Of a stretch of DNA of 25,926 nt, positions 8,154-17,217 are shown piece after piece. The stretch lies in the NCBI GenBank assembly GCA_041946805.1, contig JBHGBC010000083.1, forward strand, positions 1 through 25,926, given 5' to 3'. The translations under genes and the position numbers were made by a program. This stretch comes from a bacterium (GTDB taxonomy: Bacteria > Hinthialibacterota > Hinthialibacteria > Hinthialibacterales > Hinthialibacteraceae). The notes beneath the pieces were generated by a model that worked only from the letters and a program-made list of their open reading frames with translations, did no database searches and was not told the DNA's origin. Numbering within the stretch: position 1 is the stretch's first letter; each line of letters begins with the position of its first letter.

Positions 8154-8966
8154 ATGACGGTATTCGAAGCCTTGCTCCTCGGAATTCTCCAGGGATTCAC
8201 GGAATTTTTGCCGATTTCCAGCGACGGCCATCTAACCCTCGCGGAAACCTACTTTCATTTTCAAGCCTCCCGGTTTCTCTTCTTCGATGTGCTTCTGCAT
8301 GCCGCCACACTCATCGCCGTCTGCATTTTCTACCGGCGGCGCCTCCTGGAGCTCATCCAGGTGCTCTTGACCTGGTTTTCCAAGGAGCCTAGGTCCCCGG
8401 AACGGGATTACGACAAGAATTTGATACGGGCCATCACGGTCAGCACCATTGTCACGGGCGCCATTGGGATCATCTTCCGCGATCAATTCGCCCTGGTACG
8501 CGATTATCTTTGGGGCGTGGGTCTCTCGTTCATTCTGACCGGTGTGATGCTGACGGCTACGCGGTGGGCGCCGCCGCAAAAAGAGAATCCGGAATTCCGC
8601 ATTCCCGGATCGATCTGGGTTTTCGCCGTCATCCTGGGTGTCGCGCAAGCGGTCGCCATCCTGCCCGGTGTTTCCCGTTCCGCCATGACCATCAGTTCCG
8701 CCTTGCTTCTGGGTATGTCCCGGGTCACGGCCGTGGAATACTCGTTCCTGATATGCATCCCGGCCATTCTCGGCGCGTGCCTGCTGGAATTGCCTCATGC
8801 GGAAATCACGGTCGGATGGGAAGCCGCTCTCGTAGGTTTCATCAGTTCCCTGATCTCGGGTATGATTTTTCTCTGGTTCCTGGTGTGGATCGTGCGCAAG
8901 GGCCATTTTCACCAATTCGCGTACTACGTGATTCCCCTGGGGCTTTATCTGCTTTTCATCGCCTGA
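8154..8966 (+). CDS. uppP: Undecaprenyl-diphosphate phosphatase (BacA/UppP)
   Basis: LGILQGFTEFLPISSDGH and AILPGVSRSAMT signature motifs; multiple transmembrane segments. Confidence 0.93.
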   Translation: MTVFEALLLGILQGFTEFLPISSDGHLTLAETYFHFQASRFLFFDVLLHAATLIAVCIFYRRRLLELIQVLLTWFSKEPRSPERDYDKNLIRAITVSTIVTGAIGIIFRDQFALVRDYLWGVGLSFILTGVMLTATRWAPPQKENPEFRIPGSIWVFAVILGVAQAVAILPGVSRSAMTISSALLLGMSRVTAVEYSFLICIPAILGACLLELPHAEITVGWEAALVGFISSLISGMIFLWFLVWIVRKGHFHQFAYYVIPLGLYLLFIA

Positions 8967-9003
8967 GTCAACCGGATCCCCGCGCGGATCGCACCGTGGC
9001 ATC

Positions 9004-9969
9004 ATGAACTACAAAACCAAACTCTATTGGACCATTGCCTTCGCCGCGGCGCTCTACCTGGCCTGGTGTCTGTGGACCGGATGGGAATCCATTCTCCAGG
9101 CCTTATCGGTTTTCCGGTGGTGGATCCTGCCCCTGTGCCTGGCCCTGGCTTTTTTGAATTATGTCATCCGGTATCTCAAGTGGCATTATTACTTGACGCT
9201 CCTGGAGATCCCTCTGCCCCGGCTGGTTTCTTTTCAGGTGTTCCTGGCCGGCCTGGTCATGTCCGCCACGCCCGGCAAGATCGGCGAGGTTTTCAAGTCA
9301 TACCTGGTCAAGGAAATCAACGGCACGCCGATGAGCCGGTCCGCCCCCATAATTGTCGCCGAACGCTTCACCGACTTCATCGCCTTTGTTCTCATGGCCC
9401 TGCTCGGCGTCACTCTGCTGCCCAACGGCGCATGGGTTTTTTCGGTATCCATCGGAATCATCGTATTCATCCTGGTGCTGGTTTCCTGGAGGCCGGCCGC
9501 CGAAGCGCTGATCGGCCTGCTGGCCCGCCTGCCCGTGACCGGCCGCCACATTGAAAAGATACACACCGCCTATGAGAGCACGTACCGCCTCATCGCTCCC
9601 CGGCCGTTGTTTTGGGCCACCAGCGTGAGCCTGATCTCCTGGTTCTTCGAAGGCGTCTCCTTTTATCTGATCCTGTGGGGATTCGGGCAAACGCTGCCAC
9701 TCACCTCCGTGGTCTTCATCTACGCGTTCGCGACCATCGTCGGCGCGCTGTTCATGACCCCCGGCGGCATCGGCCCCACGGAAGGCGCGATGGGCGGCAT
9801 GCTCATCCTGCTGTATCAGATTCCCGCGGGCACTGCCGCGTCCGCCACGCTGATCGTCCGCATCTGCACCTTGTGGTACGCGGTCGCCGTCGGTTTGCTG
9901 GTCCTGACCTGGCGCGCATCCGCCTTCACCCGCGATCCGTCGGTTATCGTGACCAAGCCGGTGGCCTGA
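9004..9969 (+). CDS. Lysylphosphatidylglycerol synthase TM-region / flippase-like (UPF0104) membrane protein
   Basis: Highly hydrophobic; R..KW...L, TPGKIGE..K, ERFTD and TPGGIGPTEG motifs. Confidence 0.88.
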   Translation: MNYKTKLYWTIAFAAALYLAWCLWTGWESILQALSVFRWWILPLCLALAFLNYVIRYLKWHYYLTLLEIPLPRLVSFQVFLAGLVMSATPGKIGEVFKSYLVKEINGTPMSRSAPIIVAERFTDFIAFVLMALLGVTLLPNGAWVFSVSIGIIVFILVLVSWRPAAEALIGLLARLPVTGRHIEKIHTAYESTYRLIAPRPLFWATSVSLISWFFEGVSFYLILWGFGQTLPLTSVVFIYAFATIVGALFMTPGGIGPTEGAMGGMLILLYQIPAGTAASATLIVRICTLWYAVAVGLLVLTWRASAFTRDPSVIVTKPVA

Positions 9970-10045
9970 TAACCTTGGCAGGGTGGTTTGAGTGTGGCGA
10001 AATCCACCAATAATCCCGCGTACTCACCGGATAGCTCGGATTTTC

Positions 10046-10074
10046 TTGACAATTTCCCATTCCGGACGCATTGT
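10046..10074 (+). promoter_or_regulatory. Candidate sigma70 promoter (TTGACA-N17-CATTGT)
   Basis: Perfect -35 at 10046-10051, 17-nt spacer, weak -10; about 55 nt upstream of ATG 10129. Confidence 0.35.
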
Positions 10075-10128
10075 AAATCCGATAGATGGGCATTCCTATC
10101 CATTCCAAGATTGGAAACCGAGGTCCCC

Positions 10129-11010
10129 ATGAAACGAAGAGAATTCATCCAAACCACGGGAGGGGTTCTGTTGGCGGCGGGAACCCTGACGGGCACGGCC
10201 TCCGCCGGGGAAGCGATACCCCAGGGCAAATTCAATATTTCCATCGCCGCCTGGTCCTGGCACCGGTTGTTCGGCGAGGGGAAGATCAAACAGATCGACA
10301 TGCCCCGCCTGGCCCATGAAGCCGGGGCCGCCGGTCTGGAACTGGTCAATTCCTTCTTCCCCTCTCCGCAGCATGATTACTTGATGGAACTGAAAAAAAC
10401 GGCGGAAGGCGAAGGCATTAAGATTCTGCTCATCATGTGCGACGGGGAGGGAAGCATGTATTCGCCCGGCCACCACGAGCGCCATTGGGCGGTCGTCAAC
10501 CACCATAAGTGGCTCGACATCGCCGCCCAACTGGGTTGCCATTCGATCCGCTGCAACGCGGGCGAGGGCAATGTGGATCCCGGGGAAGCGATGAAATGCG
10601 CGGCGGACAGCTTCGCCGAGCTGGCCGGGTACGCCCGCCAGTACGGACTCAACGTCACCATCGAGAATCACTGGGGGCTGTCGTCCAATCCGCAGTGGCT
10701 GACCGGCCTGATGAAAATGGTCGACATGGACAACTTCGGCACGCTGCCCGACTTTGGCAACTTCCCGGATGACGTGGACCGCTACGCCGCCGTGGAGGCG
10801 ATGATGCCCTACGCCAAGGCCGTCAGCGCCAAGACGTACGACTTCGACGAGCAAGGCCTGGAAACCAAGATCGACTACCCGCGCATGATGCGCATCGTCC
10901 TGGACGCCGGCTATCACGGCTTTCTGGGCGTGGAGTACGAGGGGGACCGTTTGAGTGAACTCGACGGCATCAAGGCCTCGGTGGCCCTGCTCAAAAAATT
11001 TCAGGCGTGA
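10129..11010 (+). CDS. Tat-exported sugar phosphate isomerase/epimerase (xylose-isomerase-like TIM barrel, AP_endonuc_2)
   Basis: Twin-arginine signal MKRREFIQ...TASA; metal-site motifs IENHWG, LPDFGNF, SAK and GVEYEG; GAGG RBS. Confidence 0.9.
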   Translation: MKRREFIQTTGGVLLAAGTLTGTASAGEAIPQGKFNISIAAWSWHRLFGEGKIKQIDMPRLAHEAGAAGLELVNSFFPSPQHDYLMELKKTAEGEGIKILLIMCDGEGSMYSPGHHERHWAVVNHHKWLDIAAQLGCHSIRCNAGEGNVDPGEAMKCAADSFAELAGYARQYGLNVTIENHWGLSSNPQWLTGLMKMVDMDNFGTLPDFGNFPDDVDRYAAVEAMMPYAKAVSAKTYDFDEQGLETKIDYPRMMRIVLDAGYHGFLGVEYEGDRLSELDGIKASVALLKKFQA

Positions 11011-11222
11011 GGGCCGGAAAGCGGAAGCCCGGGCCTTCCCGGATCAGCTTCCCGAGGGAAAAGAAAGAGAGGGCCGAGGGGAGGTATTGATGAGTGCGCT
11101 TCACGAATCCATCCTCCCCTCCCGCCCGATTGAATTTTGATCGCGTGAATTCCGATCGCACCTTCTCGGAAATGAAACATGGGCCGGATGAATCGCACCA
11201 ACCTTCGGCCCGGAGGCCTGCC

Positions 11223-11990
11223 ATGAAAACTCCACGCTTGCCGATACAGATTCTTGTTCTTGGATTGTTGATTTTGGTTTCATCCAGCCCGGTTTCCGCG
11301 CAAGAATCTCCCCGGCCGCCGATGTGCTTTGTCGTGTATGAGGAAGAGGTCCTGCCCGCCCGGATGGATGAATACCAACAAGCCGCCCGGGAACGGGAAA
11401 CCCTCTTCGGCGATTTTCCCCTCCCCATTTATCCCGCCCGGAACGGGAACCGCTTGCTCTACGTTTTTCCCGTCCGGGGCTTCGGCGGATTGGAACAATT
11501 CCTGAACGCCGTCACGGCCGCCGAAACCAAAGCCGGGGATGAATCAGAACGGGTGAACGCCCGGATCGCCGCAACTCTCCAGTCCCGCTCCCTGAGCATG
11601 ATGGCCTACCGGCCCGATCTTTCGTATATTCCCGAAGGTTTCCGGGGCTCCGGGGAGATGAAATTCCGCCGGCACGCGCTCTATCACGTTCTGCCGGGGG
11701 CGGGAAAAGAATTCGAAGCGCTGGTCCGGGAGTACGTGGCCTTGTGCCAGGAGAAGAACGTCCAGCATGAAATCATCGCCTACACGCCCGTCACCGGGGA
11801 AGATCTGGACGTGTATCTGTTCGGGACTTTCGCCCAAGACCGTGAGGACTTCGGCCGCCTGGCCGCCCGGCACCTGGAATTGATCGGTGAAAAGGGGCAA
11901 GCCCTCCGCCTGCGGGGCCTCGCGCTGTGCCGGTCCTTCGAGCAGCTGGATTTCGAGGTGCTGCCTTCTCACACCCCCGCAACGAAATAA
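11223..11990 (+). CDS. Secreted hypothetical protein with two internal ferredoxin-like (NIPSNAP/dimeric alpha-beta barrel-like) repeats
   Basis: GGAGG RBS; signal peptide ending VSA-Q; two similar halves (EEEVLPARMDEYQQAARE / LYHVLPGAGKEFEALVRE) joined by YRPDLSYIPE. Confidence 0.65.
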   Translation: MKTPRLPIQILVLGLLILVSSSPVSAQESPRPPMCFVVYEEEVLPARMDEYQQAARERETLFGDFPLPIYPARNGNRLLYVFPVRGFGGLEQFLNAVTAAETKAGDESERVNARIAATLQSRSLSMMAYRPDLSYIPEGFRGSGEMKFRRHALYHVLPGAGKEFEALVREYVALCQEKNVQHEIIAYTPVTGEDLDVYLFGTFAQDREDFGRLAARHLELIGEKGQALRLRGLALCRSFEQLDFEVLPSHTPATK

Positions 11991-12182
11991 GCCGGGGGGG
12001 ATGCTCTTTGTGCCGATTTGTTCCGCCAGCCGGTTGACCTTTTCTTCCAGCGCTTCCAGCCGTTCCCGCAGAGAATTCTGGTCGAGTTTGTCCTCGATGC
12101 TGACCAGCCGGTATTGCAGGTTGTAGTACTGACCGGCGCGGGCGATCAGGATCTCTTCGCACAGCTTGTCGTGTTCATCCAT
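11544..12182 (-). CDS. Hypothetical coiled-coil protein; only the first ~65 aa look protein-like and the 3' end is uncertain
   Basis: GAGG before ATG 12182; MDEHDKLCEEILIAR...LRERLEALEEKVNRLAEQI has a heptad pattern. The frame then runs 447 nt antisense into the convergent gene. Confidence 0.45.
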   Translation of the reverse strand: MDEHDKLCEEILIARAGQYYNLQYRLVSIEDKLDQNSLRERLEALEEKVNRLAEQIGTKSIPPGLFRCGGVRRQHLEIQLLEGPAQREAPQAEGLPLFTDQFQVPGGQAAEVLTVLGESPEQIHVQIFPGDGRVGDDFMLDVLLLAQGHVLPDQRFEFFSRPRQNVIERVPAEFHLPGAPETFGNIRKIGPVGHHAQGAGLESCGDPGVHPF

Positions 12183-12369
12183 GGCGGCCCTCATTTACAT
12201 GTCGGAGCGGCCCTTCAAAAGTTCAAAGGAAAGGAAGGTGAAATCCAAAATAAGGGCAAAAACAGGCTTATCACCTACCCTTTCCACCCCGGAAGTGGAA
12301 ATAATGGTGCTGTATCCTGAAAATCCCTTGGGTTATTATCGCATTCTGTTGTGCAAAGGAACTCTCACC

Positions 12370-12693
12370 ATGAAACGCTATGGCATGTGCGTGCGGCTTC
12401 ATCCGGAGAAAATCGAGGAGTACCAGCGATTGCACGCGGCGGTCTGGCCCCCGGTGTTGGAGATGATCACCCAATGCAACATCCAAAACTACAGCATCTT
12501 TCTCCGGGGCGATTGGTTGTTTAGTTATTTTGAATACACGGGAGATGACTTTCAGCGCGACATGGATAAAATGGCCGCCGATCCGGTGACCCAGGAATGG
12601 TGGAAAGTCTGCACCCCCTGTTTCGATCCGGCCTGCCATCCGGAAAAGAAAGCCTGGTGGCTCGGGATGGATGAAATTTTTCATCTCGATTGA
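12370..12693 (+). CDS. rhaM: L-rhamnose mutarotase family protein
   Basis: MKRYG, EEYQRLHAAVWP, IQNYSIF, LFSYFEY, DPVTQEWW and EIFHLD motifs; AAGGA RBS. Confidence 0.88.
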   Translation: MKRYGMCVRLHPEKIEEYQRLHAAVWPPVLEMITQCNIQNYSIFLRGDWLFSYFEYTGDDFQRDMDKMAADPVTQEWWKVCTPCFDPACHPEKKAWWLGMDEIFHLD

Positions 12694-12764
12694 TGGAAAT
12701 CAATCCGGGAATCCGAAGCCACCCGGCAATCGCCGCGCCCTCCGCGCGGGGAAGGAAATGAATC

Positions 12765-13991
12765 ATGACCCCCCGAGCCCGAGTTCTTGACGCCCTCAAC
12801 CACCGCGAGCCGGACCGCGTGCCCATCGACTTTTCCGGCCACCGCTCCTCCGGCATCAGCGCCATGGTCTATCCCCGGTTGCGGGAATACTTGGAATTGC
12901 CCCCGAAACCGGTCCGGGTGTACGACCCCGTCCAGCAGCTGGCCATCGTGGATGAAGACGTGCTGGACCGCTTCGGCGTGGACACCATCGAACTGGGCCG
13001 CGCCTTCGCCCTCGAGGACGAGCACTGGATTGATTGGACCCTCCCCGACGGCGCGCCCTGCCAGATGCCCGTCTGGACCCAACCGGAACGGGGTGACCGG
13101 GAATGGGTAATCCGATCCCAGAGCGGCCGGGTGATCGCGAAGATGCCCGACGGCGCGTATTATTTCGAACAATGCCACTACCCGTTTTTGGAAGGGACCG
13201 CGGACTTCAACCGGATCGCCGAAGTTCTCGATGAGTGCATGTGGACCGCCATCGCCTCGCCGCCCGGCCCTCTCGTGGCCGGTCCCGGGGGGAAGGAACG
13301 GCTGCGGGAAGGGGCGCGCGCTCTCCGGGAGCAGACCGACCGCGCCATCATCGGCCTGTTCGGGGGGAATCTATTGGAGACAGGGCAGTTTCTCTTCCGG
13401 AACGATATGTTTTTGATGATGCTGGCCGGCGAGCCCCGCCGCGCGCACGAATTCCTGGACAAGTTGGTGGCGATTCATTTAGCCAATCTCGAGAATTTTC
13501 TCGATGCCGTGGGCGGCTATATCGACATCATTCTCTTCGGGGACGATTTGGGGATGCAGAGCGGACCCCAGATCTCCCCCAAAATGTACCGGGAATTCTT
13601 CAAGCCCCGCCACGAGATCATGTGGACCCGAACCAAGAAATTGGCGGATGTGAAGATCATGCTGCATTGCTGCGGCGGCGTGCGCCCGCTCTTGGCCGAT
13701 TTGATCGACGCCGGCCTCGACGCCATCAATCCCGTGCAGATCAGCTGCGCGGGGATGGATCCCGGCGAGTTGAAATCCGAGTTCGGGCGGGATATATGTT
13801 TCTGGGGCGGGGGCTGCGACACGCAGTACATGCTGCCCAACTCCGCGCCGGAGGAAGTGCGGCACCATGTCAAGGATCTGGTTTCAATCCTCCGCCCCGG
13901 GGGCGGATTCGTCTTCCAGCAGGTGCATAACATCCTGGCCCATGTGCCGCCCGCCAACATCGCCGCCATGTTCGACGCGGTGAATTCGTAA
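12765..13991 (+). CDS. Uroporphyrinogen decarboxylase superfamily protein (MtaA/CmuA-like)
   Basis: MTPRARV..AL.H.EPDRVPID, GDDLG.Q.GPQISP, HCCGG, INPVQ, FWGGGCDTQ and GGGFVF..VHNI motifs. Confidence 0.88.
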   Translation: MTPRARVLDALNHREPDRVPIDFSGHRSSGISAMVYPRLREYLELPPKPVRVYDPVQQLAIVDEDVLDRFGVDTIELGRAFALEDEHWIDWTLPDGAPCQMPVWTQPERGDREWVIRSQSGRVIAKMPDGAYYFEQCHYPFLEGTADFNRIAEVLDECMWTAIASPPGPLVAGPGGKERLREGARALREQTDRAIIGLFGGNLLETGQFLFRNDMFLMMLAGEPRRAHEFLDKLVAIHLANLENFLDAVGGYIDIILFGDDLGMQSGPQISPKMYREFFKPRHEIMWTRTKKLADVKIMLHCCGGVRPLLADLIDAGLDAINPVQISCAGMDPGELKSEFGRDICFWGGGCDTQYMLPNSAPEEVRHHVKDLVSILRPGGGFVFQQVHNILAHVPPANIAAMFDAVNS

Positions 13992-13993
13992 TC

Positions 13994-16900
13994 TCATTCC
14001 CCGGCCTGAATCTCATACCGGATGGCGTTTTCCATCACGGGGATCTCCCACGCCGAAGTGTCCGTTTTTTGCCGCAAGACGACCGGTTCCGCGTTGATCC
14101 GGCGGCCGTTCACATCGAACGCGTTCACGGTGATTTGGGGCGCTTGATGGATCCGCGCGATTTCGGAACGCACGTCGTTCGGCGCCCATTCTCTCTCCAC
14201 CGGGCCGATCGCCAACTTCTCCACCCCTTCCACCGCGGTGATCGACAGGCCCCGGCGCGCCTCGCCCCAGCGCGCGGCCACACAGCCCGCCGTGCCGAGG
14301 CCATCCCGCTGCCGGAATACGCCGCGGCCGTCCACGAAGACGCTCTCCGGTGCGCTCATCCAATCGCACCGCCGGCCGTCCACCAGCCACGAGCCGGTCA
14401 GGAAGTCATCGTTTTGGACCGCCAGCCAGCCGTAGGGAGGAAGCGTGTAGGTCTGATCCGCCACCTTGATATTCCAGTTCTTTTCGGGATTTCCATTGAT
14501 CCACACTTCCAGGCCGTTGGCGTAACGGATGAAGAGGCGGCTGTCTTGCCACGCGCCCGTGCGGAGCGCGCTGGAGGTGTCGATCAAGCCTTCGTCCTTG
14601 CCATAGCGGATGCATTCCGGCTGGACCAGGGCGTAGCGGCTTTGCAACGGCTGCAGCATATAGTACGAGCGGCAGGTCTGCCGGATGCCATACGTATCCT
14701 CCACCAGCCAACCGATATGGCCGTAGGCGATGGTGGCGGCGATGAACTGATCGATGCTGGCTTCGATGTTTTCCTTTTTGTCCCAACCCTCCTTGCCTTC
14801 AAAGAAGCGGCCGGTCCAGGGCATGCCCATATCAACCGTGAGGGGATGCATTTTCAACAGGTCGAAATGCGGCAGGTAGGGATGTTTCCACAGGGCCAGG
14901 GCGCTGTACGTCAGCCCGTAATTCCCCGCGCATAATCCGGCGTACAGCCATTGGTGATTGCCTTCCGACCAGCAATGGCCATCGTAGACATCTTGATCGT
15001 GCAGCAAAAGTTCTCCATAAGCGTAAAACGTGGCCGCGAAAGTCCCCGCGCCCGGGACGCGGGCGTCGTAGTCGCAGCGGTCCCACGGCGAAACCGAAGT
15101 ATGCACGTCGGTGTAGGCGGCGTTGGTGTTGAACTTGGCCTGGATGAGGGGCGCGAGTTGGCGGTCCATTTCCACGGCGAAGAGGGCCTTGGGCGAATAA
15201 CAGCGCGGCCAGGCGCGCGTGAGATCGAAGTTGGCGTTGCGCATGACCATGTCGATATCCCAGAATTCGTTCACCGGCGCGAAATCGCAGTAGTTGGTGT
15301 ACAATCCGGCCCGCCAGCCCAGCGACTTTTGATGGGCGATGTATTTTTTCAGCGCCTCATCGCCTCCCTTGCCCGGCGCGGACCGGGTGCGGAACGTGAA
15401 ACTCTCGCCGCCGTCCCGCCAGGTGATTTCATGGTTGCATTGCGTCAACTGTTCGATGCCATAGGCGCGCAGCATCCGGGAATGCTCCATTTCCCGCTCG
15501 TAATTCTCCGGCCCCCAGCTTTCCACCCACAAGCGGCTGCCGGCCTCTTTCCCCTGCTTGGCGGGGGGGTTGTCGATCGTGGGCAGAATCTCCTCGAAGA
15601 AGGGCGAGACGGTGATGAACACCCGCTCGAAGAGATCGTTGCGCGCGCCGTCGGATTTGGGCAGATAGCGCACGCCGCCATTGAGTTGGATCCGGCCGGA
15701 TTCAATCGTGTCGGCCGCGTAGGGCTGGGAGGCGTTGGAGCGGTACCAGTCCATCCACACCGACGCGAAAAACGGCGTCTTGCCCTTGGACATCAGCACG
15801 TTCAAATGATGCCCGCCGTAATTAATATACGGCAACTGCATCAGTTCGGGATTCTCGACCTCCGCCCAGTATCCGTACGATAACTCCGTGGCCTGGCCCC
15901 CCAGGCAAAACGTGTCCAGGACCAGGGATTTCTGCCACAGGCGGGCTTGCATCTCCACCTGGACTTCTCGATCACCGGTTCTTCCTTGCCAAAACGCGCG
16001 CAAGACGTCGTTTCCGAGTGTTTCGGCTTTCAATAGTTGCGGATCTCTCAGTTCTTCCGCGAATTTCGGCCCGGCTTCGTTCCAAAATGTGGCAATGAGC
16101 TTGTCATTCAGCCGGACCTGGATCTGGCGGAAAAATAATTCGTTGGATGAAAGCTGATATTCCAGAGTGCCATCCGCGCCCTGGTAGCGGAAGATGAAGC
16201 GATTTCGTATTTTTTCCAACGAGGTTTGAAAATCCGCCGTGAAATTTTCGGGCAGGATGGTCTCTTCCCGCGTGGGGAAGGGCAGCCGGCCCGGACCCGT
16301 GTTGGCTCCGGGGGATTGTCCCGGAAACGGATCGACGCCGCGCTTGGGCCGAGGCTGGAAGGTCAGCGGGGCAGGGGATTCACGGATGAAGCACAAATCC
16401 TCCAAAAACAACTCGCGGGTTTCCGTATTGGCGCCACCTTTGATTTGAATCCCCACGAGCCGCAAGGGTTGTTTCTCCTGGAGGACGGGAGGAATCACCT
16501 TGTGAATCAGCCACCACTCCTTCCAATTCACGCGGTTCATCGCGAGCGGGTGCATGGCGTCCTGGGAGTCCTGCAGCAGCAATACGATCTCCACCTGCGG
16601 CGTGGTGGGATCGGACACCCAGCCCCAGTTGTTCCCGTAACACCACAGTGTGGCGGCATTGGAACCTTCCGGAATCGGCAGGGGCTTGGGCGGGCGCAGC
16701 GTGATTTCGCTTTCTTTCGACGCGCCATGGTACGTCAGCCGGGCCACGGGAGATTCCCACACGCGCTGCGCTTGTGACACGGCCAGCTCGCCTTGCGCCC
16801 CGTGGCGGCCTTCGAGAATCCAGCCGTCCAGCGAATTGAAATCGGCCAGGGGCTCGTGCGGAGGAACGCGGCCGGCCCGCACGATTTCGTAAGGGCGCTC

Positions 16901-17026
16901 TCCCACCGGTTCACCAGAAGGCATGGGTTTGGCCGGAGACAGAAACGGGGCTTCGTCAGATAATCCCACTACCGGGATTACGGAACCGAACGTGAAAACC
17001 AAAAGCAGCATGGAAAGGATGTACAT
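13994..17026 (-). CDS. Large secreted protein, putative glycoside hydrolase (GH101/GH129/DUF5696-like TIM barrel with N-terminal beta domains)
   Basis: 1010 aa with a hydrophobic N-terminus. The central region has GG.EALK..I...K.LG...GLYTNY.D, AYTDVHT and WSEG, in the order of the Asp-nucleophile/Glu acid-base motifs of GH101/129-like barrels. Family call is by eye. Confidence 0.55.
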   Translation of the reverse strand: MYILSMLLLVFTFGSVIPVVGLSDEAPFLSPAKPMPSGEPVGERPYEIVRAGRVPPHEPLADFNSLDGWILEGRHGAQGELAVSQAQRVWESPVARLTYHGASKESEITLRPPKPLPIPEGSNAATLWCYGNNWGWVSDPTTPQVEIVLLLQDSQDAMHPLAMNRVNWKEWWLIHKVIPPVLQEKQPLRLVGIQIKGGANTETRELFLEDLCFIRESPAPLTFQPRPKRGVDPFPGQSPGANTGPGRLPFPTREETILPENFTADFQTSLEKIRNRFIFRYQGADGTLEYQLSSNELFFRQIQVRLNDKLIATFWNEAGPKFAEELRDPQLLKAETLGNDVLRAFWQGRTGDREVQVEMQARLWQKSLVLDTFCLGGQATELSYGYWAEVENPELMQLPYINYGGHHLNVLMSKGKTPFFASVWMDWYRSNASQPYAADTIESGRIQLNGGVRYLPKSDGARNDLFERVFITVSPFFEEILPTIDNPPAKQGKEAGSRLWVESWGPENYEREMEHSRMLRAYGIEQLTQCNHEITWRDGGESFTFRTRSAPGKGGDEALKKYIAHQKSLGWRAGLYTNYCDFAPVNEFWDIDMVMRNANFDLTRAWPRCYSPKALFAVEMDRQLAPLIQAKFNTNAAYTDVHTSVSPWDRCDYDARVPGAGTFAATFYAYGELLLHDQDVYDGHCWSEGNHQWLYAGLCAGNYGLTYSALALWKHPYLPHFDLLKMHPLTVDMGMPWTGRFFEGKEGWDKKENIEASIDQFIAATIAYGHIGWLVEDTYGIRQTCRSYYMLQPLQSRYALVQPECIRYGKDEGLIDTSSALRTGAWQDSRLFIRYANGLEVWINGNPEKNWNIKVADQTYTLPPYGWLAVQNDDFLTGSWLVDGRRCDWMSAPESVFVDGRGVFRQRDGLGTAGCVAARWGEARRGLSITAVEGVEKLAIGPVEREWAPNDVRSEIARIHQAPQITVNAFDVNGRRINAEPVVLRQKTDTSAWEIPVMENAIRYEIQAGE

Positions 17027-17217
17027 GATCAGATTGCCTTTCTGGAAAGGAGGTGATTTAACGATAATATCTTGCTTCTTCCAGGAGAAAGCGCCAGACG
17101 CAAAGGCTTTCCCCTACCCCGGTTTGTGCCTCCTCCCTTCCCCTTTGATTCACTTGACTCTGCGGGGGCGCGTTGCAACGTGATCCCGCGGATTATGAAC
17201 CTCCAAGGTCCAAGATT

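Noticed and set aside
9976..9992. Possible sigma54 promoter TTGGCAGGGTGGTTTGA
   Set aside because: No GC at the -12 position at the required spacing from the -24 GG.
14013..16892. Alternative ORFs inside the 1010-aa gene (e.g. 14069-14935 +, 14951-15883 +)
   Set aside because: Shadow or off-frame ORFs of a well-formed gene; no domain signatures.
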